Source: Balanoglossus misakiensis (taxonomy: Eukaryota > Animalia > Hemichordata). From it: 64,000 bases of DNA. This document shows, piece by piece, positions 46,501 through 54,485 of this stretch (position 1 is its first letter; each line of letters starts with the position of its first letter). The position numbers and the translations under genes are program-made. The notes under the pieces are model-generated. The model saw only the letters and a list, made by a program, of their open reading frames with translations, was not told the DNA's origin and searched no databases. Location: positions 1-64,000 of the forward strand of contig JBECUI020000033.1 of the NCBI GenBank assembly GCA_040954595.2. Direction: 5' to 3'.

Positions 46501-47563
46501 CGTAGTTGGGAGAAATATAAAAAGGAGAATCATAGCTTAGTTCAATTTCCGGAGGATCGGAGTCTCGTACGCCGAAGGGGAGAGTCACTCCAGCACTGAA
46601 GGCCCAGACCCCCGCATAGAGTGGTGCCGCCGAGGTTTGGATTTCCACTTCCGAAGTTCTGAGCTTTGTGTTCCTGGCGGAATCGCTTCCCCCTAGAGAG
46701 AAGTGTAGGGCCACACCAAAAGAGGGTATTACTGTCTGCCAATGCCCCTTGATGGCATCTTGTAAATCCACTGAAGAAGAAAGGGAGAACTGAAGGAAAT
46801 CACCGAATTTAATATCGCTGGAAACGCCCACCCAGAGGTCTGTAAACGAGGGAAGCCGAAGATCTCCCCGGAGGATCCATCGGAAGTTCTCCCGGTTCAC
46901 AAGGTCAAAACTCGTTCCTGCGGCGGGAGTAATGTTTTCAGGAATAGCTCCAAGATAACCCCAGGAACTACTGCCGTAGCGGTAGCCCAGTCCCGAAAGA
47001 GTCATTCCCCAGACAAAATTCTTAAGGCCTCCGGCAGTGTCGACGAAATGAAGAAAGCCCAAGCTGAGTGCTGCTCCACCTTCCAAGGCCCCTGTGTTCT
47101 GGCCCAGACTGGCATCAATTCCTGCACCAACCCAGAGATTGGAGTAGACTTCTTTGGAGAAGCTAAGTCCTAAACGTCCTGAAATGCCCAAATCCAGGGC
47201 CGTATTTTTGTAAGCTTGAGTATCCAGCATTCCTAAGGTGGTGGTCCATACTCCGTATTTGGTAGGGATGGACAAGCCCAAATTGGCAGAATGTCCTGCG
47301 CCCTTGCTCCCTGCGCCTAGACCCTGAAGGTTGCTGTAGTTGAGATCCAGAATAAACCTTTGAACAAAGGCCGCCGAGGCGGGGTTTATGTACACCATTT
47401 GCGGAGTTCCAAACCGGGTGAGATGCATCCCCCCTCCCAAAATTGCCGGTGAACTCAAGCGGTAGCTCAATTCTCCTGCCGAAGGTGCCTTTGGAGTTTG
47501 CGCCTCTAGAAAAGAGACAGAGCATACTGCCACCAAGATAAAGAACTGAAATGCATGCTTCAT
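43550..47563 (-). CDS. Exported protein: N-terminal beta-barrel-like region, ~8 FlgD-Ig-like repeats, C-terminal OmpA-like peptidoglycan-binding domain
   Basis: FSPDGDG..D and WDG.D..G...PDG.Y repeats; IEGHA...LSTNRAETVR...NRRVEF. Confidence 0.85.
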   Translation of the reverse strand: MKHAFQFFILVAVCSVSFLEAQTPKAPSAGELSYRLSSPAILGGGMHLTRFGTPQMVYINPASAAFVQRFILDLNYSNLQGLGAGSKGAGHSANLGLSIPTKYGVWTTTLGMLDTQAYKNTALDLGISGRLGLSFSKEVYSNLWVGAGIDASLGQNTGALEGGAALSLGFLHFVDTAGGLKNFVWGMTLSGLGYRYGSSSWGYLGAIPENITPAAGTSFDLVNRENFRWILRGDLRLPSFTDLWVGVSSDIKFGDFLQFSLSSSVDLQDAIKGHWQTVIPSFGVALHFSLGGSDSARNTKLRTSEVEIQTSAAPLYAGVWAFSAGVTLPFGVRDSDPPEIELSYDSPFYISPNYDGVLDEVDKEYTVTDARYITKYLWTITDENGQIIRNFRNKDERPENETVTNLWTRLVSKKTGASLPPSLRWDGVGDDGAPVPDGNYSIHMEFQDDNSNSSVYGPLSVKIDREAPDLKLQKVEGRDLIFSPDGDGNKDVFSIVQEGSIEGLWEASFVNAAGETVIQKQWENSSLASWDWKGQDDAGQIVPDGVYHYKVKSTDLAGNVSEASIEGIILDTIQPSLGVTINRNIFSPSLDGPEGSITFVLDVPVKVGIVEWTLEVLDKAGKQVKKWGSKDGLDISSEVDFDGQISQGKALPEEDYTGRLSVSYRNGYQNSALSPPFAVDTTPPQANVRASSAIFSPDGDNRLDTVTLSQEGSMEETWKGVLTDAKDKEIRTWTWVEKPELTQVWDGRDNQGRLVSDGRYSYYLESTDKAGNHGRSSKIQITVDTRAVEASVTASRDHFNDTVVFYTSAQTSSPAAGWTLEVLNSQMEALRQWKGDGPPGESVTWNGQTPEGRQTPDGAYQARLVVEYQKGTVAESLSSPVFLDTTAPSIQLDQEDRLFSPDGDGLKDTLLIRQTSSEEQIFEAYVENSSGLPLRSWRWAGTLKDLNWDGTDDSGNPLPDGIYRYRVSATDKAGNNTTKSIPQIRIDTLPTPIYLTASAGFVKAGEKDPSKFQRFTAVIPNEQGISEWRFSVEREGSEPVKVEEGKGSVPKIFSWNGLNSRGQPEEGNFKGVLVVTYAKGNKPRAESRPFTSDGSPPKARISLEPQPFSPDSDNIEDEVVIGVQVEDQSKIRNWSLVIRDPRGKDFISFGGTGRPSERIIWDGRSGQGELVQSAEDYPYTFTISDVLGHSAVVEGSIAVDVLVLRVGDQLKILISNITFAPYRAELVTSGESGEKNLQILDRLTEILEKYRSYKIVIEGHAVSEFWDNPVKASKEEQEELLPLSTNRAETVRSALVMRGIAPSRMEAKGLGGTMPLVPHGELENRWKNRRVEFLLLK

Positions 47564-47820
47564 GGAATATCCTTAACTTAGAAATAAATAATTTATCAAC
47601 ATACCTGTTTAAGGCTCTCTAATAATATAAAGATTCAGCGATAAAAAGAAAATATTGTGCTGTCTATTAAGCCTTTCCTTTTGCTTTTTGTTAAGCAAGT
47701 ATAGCACTTTTTCCAGATAATTAAAGATTCCTCACCTATAGGTAAGGAATCAGTTTCTCTGATGAGAGGTCCCCTCATCGCTGGTCTTTAAGACTGTGGA
47801 CCAAAAATTCCTGGAAAAAC

Positions 47821-48369
47821 TCATTGAGCTCTGATTTTCAGCAACATAAACAAGGTCGTAATTCCTGCAAACAGAAGACAACCTCCGATGAGACGAATAA
47901 AAATCATTGCCGAGGACAGGGGAACCAGGAGCATCAATAGGCCCAGGATCATAAAAAAGATTGTCCTTATTAGGGCAGGAATGTCGGTGCGGAGCGGGGG
48001 GGAGTAACGGATGGCAGCAAATCCGCTGAGAATAAGGGTAAGTCCAGCCAGAGAGAAAAGAATACTCGTTCCTGCTTTTCCAACTCCTACCGGGTACAAA
48101 AGAATCAGAATGCCGATGAGGATGCGGAAGAATCCCCACAGAATAGTTAGGAGCTTCCGTTCTTTGCTTTCCGTAGCGAGGCGAAAGGTAGTAACTAAGA
48201 TTTCTACCCCTCCAACCAGGAAAATAATTCCCAGGAGAATCGCCATAAAGGTAGGCCCTGCTTCGGGCCAGATTAGAAGTATAATACCCCCCACCGTTGT
48301 TATTATACCACCCAGGAGGAGAGACCATCGAAGGGAGCGAAGACCTTTTCGGCCAGAAAATAGACTTAT
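47821..48369 (-). CDS. HdeD/DUF308 family membrane protein (start probably ATA 48369, otherwise GTG 48294)
   Basis: Repeated G..lL..P..TM pairs; frame open upstream of the GTG with SD GAGAGG before ATA. Confidence 0.7.
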   Translation of the reverse strand: MSLFSGRKGLRSLRWSLLLGGIITTVGGIILLIWPEAGPTFMAILLGIIFLVGGVEILVTTFRLATESKERKLLTILWGFFRILIGILILLYPVGVGKAGTSILFSLAGLTLILSGFAAIRYSPPLRTDIPALIRTIFFMILGLLMLLVPLSSAMIFIRLIGGCLLFAGITTLFMLLKIRAQ

Positions 48370-48385
48370 TGTTTTCCTCTCTTTA

Positions 48386-48841
48386 TTAACGCAGTTTGAA
48401 GATCTTTTTTAACGCTTCTGGGTCCAGCCGGAAGGAGGATCCATGTCCTTCCAGGAAATGATGGGCTTCAAGAAGATGGATGGACAAGTCGGTGTAGAAG
48501 ATTTTTTCTCCGGTATCTTTGCGTTCTACGGTGATGTTAATTTTTCGGAAGGAACCGTCCTCCCAGGGACAGGCTATATGTCCGCGGGCCTCGTTGGTCG
48601 TAACAATCCATTCTTCATCGATGGTTACAGGCTCACCAAGTCCCTCGCGTCCCTTATCCATGAAGTAATGGAGACGAGCGGCTATCTGTTCCACATCGAT
48701 GTCAAAATGCCGGAGCATCTGCTCGTCTTCATCGATTATTGCCGATAAAGTCCGCTTGTCTGTTCCCAAAAAACCTTCGGCTGTAATTGCTCCTGGACTC
48801 ATATTGGCCTGAGCTTTTTTTAACTCAGGAGTCATTTTCAT
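48386..48841 (-). CDS. Hypothetical protein directly after nqrF
   Basis: GGAGG RBS 15 nt after nqrF stop; GHIACPW and HLLEAHHF motifs. Confidence 0.75.
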   Translation of the reverse strand: MKMTPELKKAQANMSPGAITAEGFLGTDKRTLSAIIDEDEQMLRHFDIDVEQIAARLHYFMDKGREGLGEPVTIDEEWIVTTNEARGHIACPWEDGSFRKINITVERKDTGEKIFYTDLSIHLLEAHHFLEGHGSSFRLDPEALKKIFKLR

Positions 48842-48856
48842 AACGTTTCCCTCCTC

Positions 48857-49969
48857 TTAAGCGAACTTATCATAATATATTTTATCAGGGGTTATCCCAT
48901 TCTTGTTCATAACACTGATGCAGGCATCAATCATGCCGGGACTGCCGCAGAGATAGCCTTCTTTAGGCTTTGTGGGGTCAATGGTCTCTTTGATATAGAT
49001 ATCCAGAACATCAGTGATGAGTCCTGTGGGACCATCCCAGCCATCTTCATCTTGGGGTTCGGAAAGAGCTGGAACAAAGTGGAAATTAGGCCAGTCTTTT
49101 TCCAATTGTCGCATTTCTTCCAGGTAGAACATGTCTGCCGTAGTACGGGCTCCGAAGAAGTACCAGATTTCTCGATTTATCCCCAGATTCTGCATTTCTG
49201 CTGCAAAGCTTTTAAATGGAGCCATCCCAGATCCCCCAGCAACCCAGAGCATAAGGTCCTCGGTCTCGGAACGACAGAAATCCCCAAAGGGTCCCACAAT
49301 GTCCAGTTTCTGATTCACTTCCAGACGTTCATGGACGTAGGTAGTGGCGAGTCCTCCAGGGACCAGTCGTACCAAGACTTCCACATGGTGCTTGTCTTTG
49401 GGATCCGACGAAATTGAATAGGCCCTCTGGGTGCTTTCCTTGATCTTTCCATGAGGGGGAATAACTAACTGCACGTATTTTCCTGCTGCAAAATCTATGG
49501 TCTCTTCCCCTAGGTCTAAAAGTACCTCCTTAATGTCGTAAGTAACATCTCTGATGCTTAAGACGGTAGAGGTGTACTGTTTGACATTAAAGAGATCTTC
49601 AGCTATTTCCAGTTCCATGTCAGTTTTGACCTTGATCTGGCAGGCCAGACGGATATTCCCCTGTCTTAGTTCCTCGGGGGTAAGCCAAGGGGTTTCGGTG
49701 GGTAGAATGGGACCTATGTCGCTGGAAATTTGACATTTACAGGCTCCGCAGCTCCCCCGTCCTCCACAGGCGGAGGGCAGGTAAAGCCCTTCGGAGGAAA
49801 GAAGAAAAAGCAGTGGTGAACCGCCTTTGACAAGAAGTTCTTTTTTACCCTTGTTAATATCAAGAGTTACCTCACCATAGTTGTTTACTAGTCCATCGAC
49901 GACGACAATAAGGGCTGCGAGTATGCTGGAGACGCCGGCAATGATAAGTGGTGCTGTAAGTATGGACAT
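48857..49969 (-). CDS. nqrF: NqrF-like NADH-oxidising subunit (2Fe-2S, FAD, NAD binding)
   Basis: N-terminal TM; SACGGRGSCGAC...RLACQ; RAYS; GGSGMAP; YLCGSP; YYDKF. Confidence 0.88.
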   Translation of the reverse strand: MSILTAPLIIAGVSSILAALIVVVDGLVNNYGEVTLDINKGKKELLVKGGSPLLFLLSSEGLYLPSACGGRGSCGACKCQISSDIGPILPTETPWLTPEELRQGNIRLACQIKVKTDMELEIAEDLFNVKQYTSTVLSIRDVTYDIKEVLLDLGEETIDFAAGKYVQLVIPPHGKIKESTQRAYSISSDPKDKHHVEVLVRLVPGGLATTYVHERLEVNQKLDIVGPFGDFCRSETEDLMLWVAGGSGMAPFKSFAAEMQNLGINREIWYFFGARTTADMFYLEEMRQLEKDWPNFHFVPALSEPQDEDGWDGPTGLITDVLDIYIKETIDPTKPKEGYLCGSPGMIDACISVMNKNGITPDKIYYDKFA

Positions 49970-49982
49970 ATTCGTTTCCTTT

Positions 49983-50576
49983 CTACTGAACGTTGAGCAT
50001 GCCTGAAAAGCCAACAAAGGCCAAGGCCATAAAACCTATGGTAATCAGAGTGATTCCCGGTCCTTGAAGTCCGGCGGGAACCGGAGCACGAACCACCTTT
50101 TTTTGAATGGCTGCCAAAGCCATAATGGCTAGCCACCAACCAATACCAGATCCGAAGGAAAAGGCAAGGGATTGAACAAAGTTATATTCTCGGATCTGTA
50201 GGAAAAGTGCCACTCCAAGGATGGCACAGTTTACTGTAATGAGAGGTAGGAATATCCCCAATGACATGTATAGGGTTGGGCTTACCCTGTCAATAAGCAT
50301 TTCCAGCATCTGCACCGTAGCGGCGATGACTATGATAAAAATTACATAGCGCAGGAAGAGCAGATCCAACGGGATGAGGAGAAACTTCATTACCATCCAG
50401 TTAAGAGAGCCAGTAATGGTCAGAACCATTGTTACGGCCAGGCCCAGACCATTGGCTGATTTAATGTCTTTGCTTATGGAAATGAATGAACACATTCCCA
50501 AGAAATTGGCTAGAAGAATATTGCTGGTGAAGATTGAGGCAAAGAGCAGTACGAGAGGATGAATTTCCGGAGCCAT
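49983..50576 (-). CDS. nqrE: NqrE/RnfA membrane subunit
   Basis: FLGMCSF, LPLITVNCAILG, GLQGPGITLIT. Confidence 0.85.
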   Translation of the reverse strand: MAPEIHPLVLLFASIFTSNILLANFLGMCSFISISKDIKSANGLGLAVTMVLTITGSLNWMVMKFLLIPLDLLFLRYVIFIIVIAATVQMLEMLIDRVSPTLYMSLGIFLPLITVNCAILGVALFLQIREYNFVQSLAFSFGSGIGWWLAIMALAAIQKKVVRAPVPAGLQGPGITLITIGFMALAFVGFSGMLNVQ

Positions 50577-51185
50577 CTACTTAGTCTCCTTTTTCAACAT
50601 AATGGATTTAGCTATCCAGAGAAGAGTCCCCAGCAAGAAAAATGCGCTGGGGGGCATGACCATAATTGTCCAGGGGGTGAAGTTCTCAGGGAGAATAGCG
50701 ATTCCCAAAAGAGTTCCCGAACCCAGAAGTTCCCGCACTATGGCGATGACAACCAAGGCCCACATATAGCCAAGACCACTGGTAATACCATCCCATCCAG
50801 AAATCAGAGGGTTGTTGGCCTGGGCAAAGGCTTCGGCCCGCCCCATGATGATGCAGTTGGTAATGATGAGTCCTACATAGGGTCCCAAAGCCCGACTGAT
50901 CTCCGGTATGTAGGCCCGAAGCAATATGTCTACGATAATGACGTAAAAGGCAATAATGAGGGTTTGGACGATCATCCTGACCTTGCGAGGGATCAGGGCT
51001 TTAATGCTGGCCACTGTTATGTTGGTTAGAGCTGTAACAAAGACTACCGCTGCCGTCATTATGAGGGTGTTTAAAAGGTTGTTTGTTACGGCCAATGCGG
51101 AGCAAATCCCTAAGATCTGCATGAAAATAGGGTTCTCCGTCCATAAATTCTTTTTAAGAATCTGTAAAGTATTGTCGGTGCTCAT
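50577..51185 (-). CDS. nqrD: NqrD/RnfE membrane subunit
   Basis: NPI..QILGICSALAVT, VGLIITNCIIMGRAEAFA, PPSAF. Confidence 0.87.
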   Translation of the reverse strand: MSTDNTLQILKKNLWTENPIFMQILGICSALAVTNNLLNTLIMTAAVVFVTALTNITVASIKALIPRKVRMIVQTLIIAFYVIIVDILLRAYIPEISRALGPYVGLIITNCIIMGRAEAFAQANNPLISGWDGITSGLGYMWALVVIAIVRELLGSGTLLGIAILPENFTPWTIMVMPPSAFFLLGTLLWIAKSIMLKKETK

Positions 51186-51790
51186 TGAGAAGTTGTTCTC
51201 CTATTCCTTAAGTTCTGGATCTCTTCGTTAAGAATAACGCCTATGGCACTGCTGGTCAGGGAAGCTCCGGTAATTCCTTCGATGATACCGTTGGCAGGAT
51301 CATCATCGCTTCCTCCTTCTCCTTTACGGAACTTGAGTCCGGTTTCAGGAACAAACTCGCCGCGAAACTGATTTTTAAACCAGTCTTCTTCAATCCTACC
51401 TCCCAGTCCTGGAGTCTCGACATGACTAATAAAGTCTAGGCCCTTAATGTAGGTAAGTTCTGTATTAATGGCGAGCACTCCGGTAACTGTCCCCCAGAGA
51501 CCTTGACCGGAAAAACGTTGGATAAGGATTTCTTCCTCGTTAACAGAGGTAACCAGCATTTCTTCATCTCCCTGTGCTTCAGGGAAGGTTTTTCTGAAGA
51601 CTTCTAGGGGGTCTTCGTTTTCTTCAACCTTCACTCCCACGACATTTAAAAAAGCCTTGGCTATTACCAATTTTTGGTTGGTCGCCACTATGGGAGCCGT
51701 GGCTGTATTGGCTAAGGAAAGGAGAAAAACAAAAACAAAAGCTATCAAAAAAGTAAAGATGACTACATAGACAAAGTTTTCTTTGTTCAT
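51182..51790 (-). CDS. nqrC: NqrC/RnfG FMN-binding subunit
   Basis: GQGLWG, ETPGLGG.I, F.G, EGITGASLTS flavinylation motif. Confidence 0.85.
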   Translation of the reverse strand: MNKENFVYVVIFTFLIAFVFVFLLSLANTATAPIVATNQKLVIAKAFLNVVGVKVEENEDPLEVFRKTFPEAQGDEEMLVTSVNEEEILIQRFSGQGLWGTVTGVLAINTELTYIKGLDFISHVETPGLGGRIEEDWFKNQFRGEFVPETGLKFRKGEGGSDDDPANGIIEGITGASLTSSAIGVILNEEIQNLRNRRTTSQ

Positions 51791-52752
51791 TCCTTTGCTC
51801 CTTCTGAAATGGATTTTTGCTTGTCTCGGGTCTTTGGAGCTTTTTTCTTCCCGGCCGGCATTACCTCATCTAGCAGATTGGCAAAGGTATTGCCTAGGAG
51901 AATGCCAAAGCTGGTTCCTTCTGGGAAAAGGGCAAAGATCCGTACTGAAGCCGTAATTCCTCCGATGATGAAGCCGTATAACCAGATGGAACCTTTCTTC
52001 TTGTTAGGTGCCGTTACCGGATCCGTGGCCATAAAAACCGCTACATAGAGGATACTTCCCATGAGAAGAGATTCCACTGGTGGGAAAGGGAAGGAGCTTC
52101 CTGTAGGAGAAATACCAAGCCAGTAGCACATTGCCGTCACTACAGCAAAACTCAGCAAGGTAGAGAGAATAATTCTCCAGTTCGCCGTTTTTGTGATAAT
52201 GAGGTAGATGGCCGCCAGGACAATCAACACAATGGCACTTTCCCCTAAAGCTCCCGAGCGGATCCCTATGAGAAGTTCCCTAAGCGATGGGGTTAAACCC
52301 TCTTTGAGTAGTTCCAAAGGCGTAGCCGAAGTAGCGGTATCAACATTAATAAGAGTCCCGAAACGTCCCGGTTGCGCAAAGGTTCTCTGTAATCCAACAG
52401 GGAAGCTGACGTAAACAAAAAGCCGTCCCGTAATAGCTGGATTAAAAACGTTCCGTCCAAAACCTCCATAAATGCATTTACCGAACAATATCCCAAAAAA
52501 AATCCCTAGGGCGACAATCCACAAGGGAACCAAGGGAGGCATAGAAAGAGCATAGAGAAGGCATGAAACCAATACGGCTTCAGAAACTTTCTTACCTCGT
52601 GATTTCATATAGAAGTACTCGGTCAGTATGCCGACAAAGAGAGTTACTCCCATGATGGCTACACTTCTCCAACCGTAGAGATAGACAGAAAAAAGAAAAA
52701 TGGGAATAAGGGAGTAAACAACTCGCCTCATCATAACCTGCTTTTGGAACAC
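51787..52752 (-). CDS. nqrB: NqrB/RnfD subunit, short RnfD-sized form (321 aa)
   Basis: YGGFGRNVFNPA, DTATSATPL, GALGE, FMATDPVTAP, PEG..F.ILLGN. Confidence 0.82.
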   Translation of the reverse strand: MFQKQVMMRRVVYSLIPIFLFSVYLYGWRSVAIMGVTLFVGILTEYFYMKSRGKKVSEAVLVSCLLYALSMPPLVPLWIVALGIFFGILFGKCIYGGFGRNVFNPAITGRLFVYVSFPVGLQRTFAQPGRFGTLINVDTATSATPLELLKEGLTPSLRELLIGIRSGALGESAIVLIVLAAIYLIITKTANWRIILSTLLSFAVVTAMCYWLGISPTGSSFPFPPVESLLMGSILYVAVFMATDPVTAPNKKKGSIWLYGFIIGGITASVRIFALFPEGTSFGILLGNTFANLLDEVMPAGKKKAPKTRDKQKSISEGAKE

Positions 52753-52852
52753 CTGAAGTCCCCCCTACATCCATGAATAATAATTTTCGTTAGTATATGG
52801 TTCAATAGTAATTGTATAAAGTGTTTTGTGACCACCCTATGGAGGAAAAAAA

Positions 52853-53296
52853 ATGATAAGAAAAGCTGTTGTTGCTGGAATAAGTGATACCTGGATAGAG
52901 GCCTTTGCCTGGAATGATGAGGAAAAAACCTTCCAGAAAAACTGTGAAGCTCTCGAAAAAAGAAGTTGTGGGGGCTGCGGATTGGGTCACTGTGAAGGCT
53001 TGGGGGGATCTTTTAGAGCTTCTAATCCGCGGAATCTCTCCCTTCAGGTTGGAGATACGGTGGAAGTTTTCTCTCCATTGAGTAATGTTTTTTCTGGGGC
53101 CATTCTTGTTTTTTTACTGCCTCTGGGCTTGGCCTTGGGAGGATGGTTTCTTGCACAGGCCCTGGGAGGCGGTGAGGGAGGCGGAGCACTGGGAGTTCTC
53201 TCGGGCCTGGCTTTGGGGTTCGGAGTCGATGTTCTGCTGACGAGGCGGAAGAAGAACCCAAAACTCCCTGTCATCACTACCGTTATCAGGGACTGA
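52853..53296 (+). CDS. rseC: RseC/MucC family protein
   Basis: C..C...C cluster (SCGGCGLGHC), LQVGDTVEV, Y/F.LPL plus two TM segments; divergent from the nqr cluster. Confidence 0.72.
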   Translation: MIRKAVVAGISDTWIEAFAWNDEEKTFQKNCEALEKRSCGGCGLGHCEGLGGSFRASNPRNLSLQVGDTVEVFSPLSNVFSGAILVFLLPLGLALGGWFLAQALGGGEGGGALGVLSGLALGFGVDVLLTRRKKNPKLPVITTVIRD

Positions 53297-53314
53297 GACA
53301 ACAATGCCTTTTCT

Positions 53315-53339
53315 CTTCACTCTAAGCCTTAGAGTGAAG
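53315..53339. terminator. Perfect hairpin between convergent genes
   Basis: CTTCACTCTAA-GCC-TTAGAGTGAAG; no U-tract. Confidence 0.5.
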
Positions 53340-53363
53340 GAGTTGCCTGAGGGTTGGACAGGC

Positions 53364-54050
53364 CTACCAACTTTTAAGGATAAAGGCCAATCCCAAAGCT
53401 ACTAGAACATCTTGATGGGTTTCTTCCAAATTCGATCTGAAGAACAGCTGTGTAGGGTTGGAGGTCTGTGCTAGGCCTAGAGCTTGGTTATCCTTGAGGA
53501 AGAGGTAGCCCACGGTGCTAAAGGCTTCACTTGTAAAGCTTCCCGACTTAGTTCTGTATTTGCTTATAGATTTTATGCTGTATGTGCTGCCTTTTCCCCG
53601 AAGTTCTAACTTTGTTGTGTTTTTGCTCTTAGCCGGGGCATTAAATAAGATATACTGACTACCGTCTCTTTGATCGGTGATCGTGCTGTTTAGCTGGGAA
53701 TTCGATATTCCAATGGAAAAAGAATCAGATCCTAGTGTCAGACCGGTATTGTCTAAAGTCATAAGAACATCAAAAAGCGGTACGCCGTGCTTTTCTAGCT
53801 GAAACTCGACGAAACTACTTTTTTTAGAGCTAGAGAGCAGTTTAGAGGAGGCAGAGGAAGATCTATACTTGCTAGAAATTTCCACGGCCCGATAAGGGGG
53901 AACCTCTATGTTCTTTTTTGAGAAAATGGTTTGTTTAACAGGATAAACTACCTGATAAACGGATTCATCTTCAACGTAGGCCTGCATGGTTTCACAAGAC
54001 AACAGAAGAGAAATCGCAATCAGGTATGCAGCAATTGTTAATATCTTCAT
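53364..54050 (-). CDS. Hypothetical lipoprotein
   Basis: Signal peptide with lipobox LLLSC; 228-aa ORF. Confidence 0.7.
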   Translation of the reverse strand: MKILTIAAYLIAISLLLSCETMQAYVEDESVYQVVYPVKQTIFSKKNIEVPPYRAVEISSKYRSSSASSKLLSSSKKSSFVEFQLEKHGVPLFDVLMTLDNTGLTLGSDSFSIGISNSQLNSTITDQRDGSQYILFNAPAKSKNTTKLELRGKGSTYSIKSISKYRTKSGSFTSEAFSTVGYLFLKDNQALGLAQTSNPTQLFFRSNLEETHQDVLVALGLAFILKSW

Positions 54051-54250
54051 ATACGTATCTTATAGCAAGAGGCAAGTTCTTTCCATTTTTTTTTCAGAAG
54101 GAACGCTGATTATAGGGTTTCCCAGGAGGTCTCGGCTTTTCCCTAGATGGTCTGTGGGTGTTTTGTGCAAGTAGATGCTTGGGTTTCTGGGAAGATGAGG
54201 TGTCAGTCTGGGTTCTGGGTTGGATAGAGGGGGGGGATTGAACACTGTTC

Positions 54251-54279
54251 AAAAGAAAAGCAGATTCTTCTTATCGTTA
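54251..54279 (-). repeat. 29-bp palindromic site, copy 4: AAAAGAAAAGCAGA-T-TCTTCTTATCGTTA
   Basis: 27 bp identical to copy 5. Confidence 0.88.
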
Positions 54280-54485
54280 TTAATTCTTTATTAAGAAATG
54301 AATTACTTTGAGTTCTCAACATTTTCCATATTCTCAGCCTCTTATCCAAGAGAAGAATATCTCATTTTTATTAGAATATCTCATTCCGTTTTCATCTGCT
54401 ATGAGTAGTCATCATTTAGGCTAAGGAATTCCGAGACCATAGTACATACCAGTTTCTTCAATTACTGTGGTTAACGGAGGCGGAT

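Noticed and set aside
47636-47649. Extra half-sites of the 29-bp palindrome (also 52851-52864 and ~7680)
   Set aside because: Only one partial A-rich arm, no second arm; compatible with chance.
47759-47780. Hammerhead ribozyme (CTGATGA followed by a hairpin)
   Set aside because: No GAAA after stem II; the CTGATGA itself is inside the hairpin stem.
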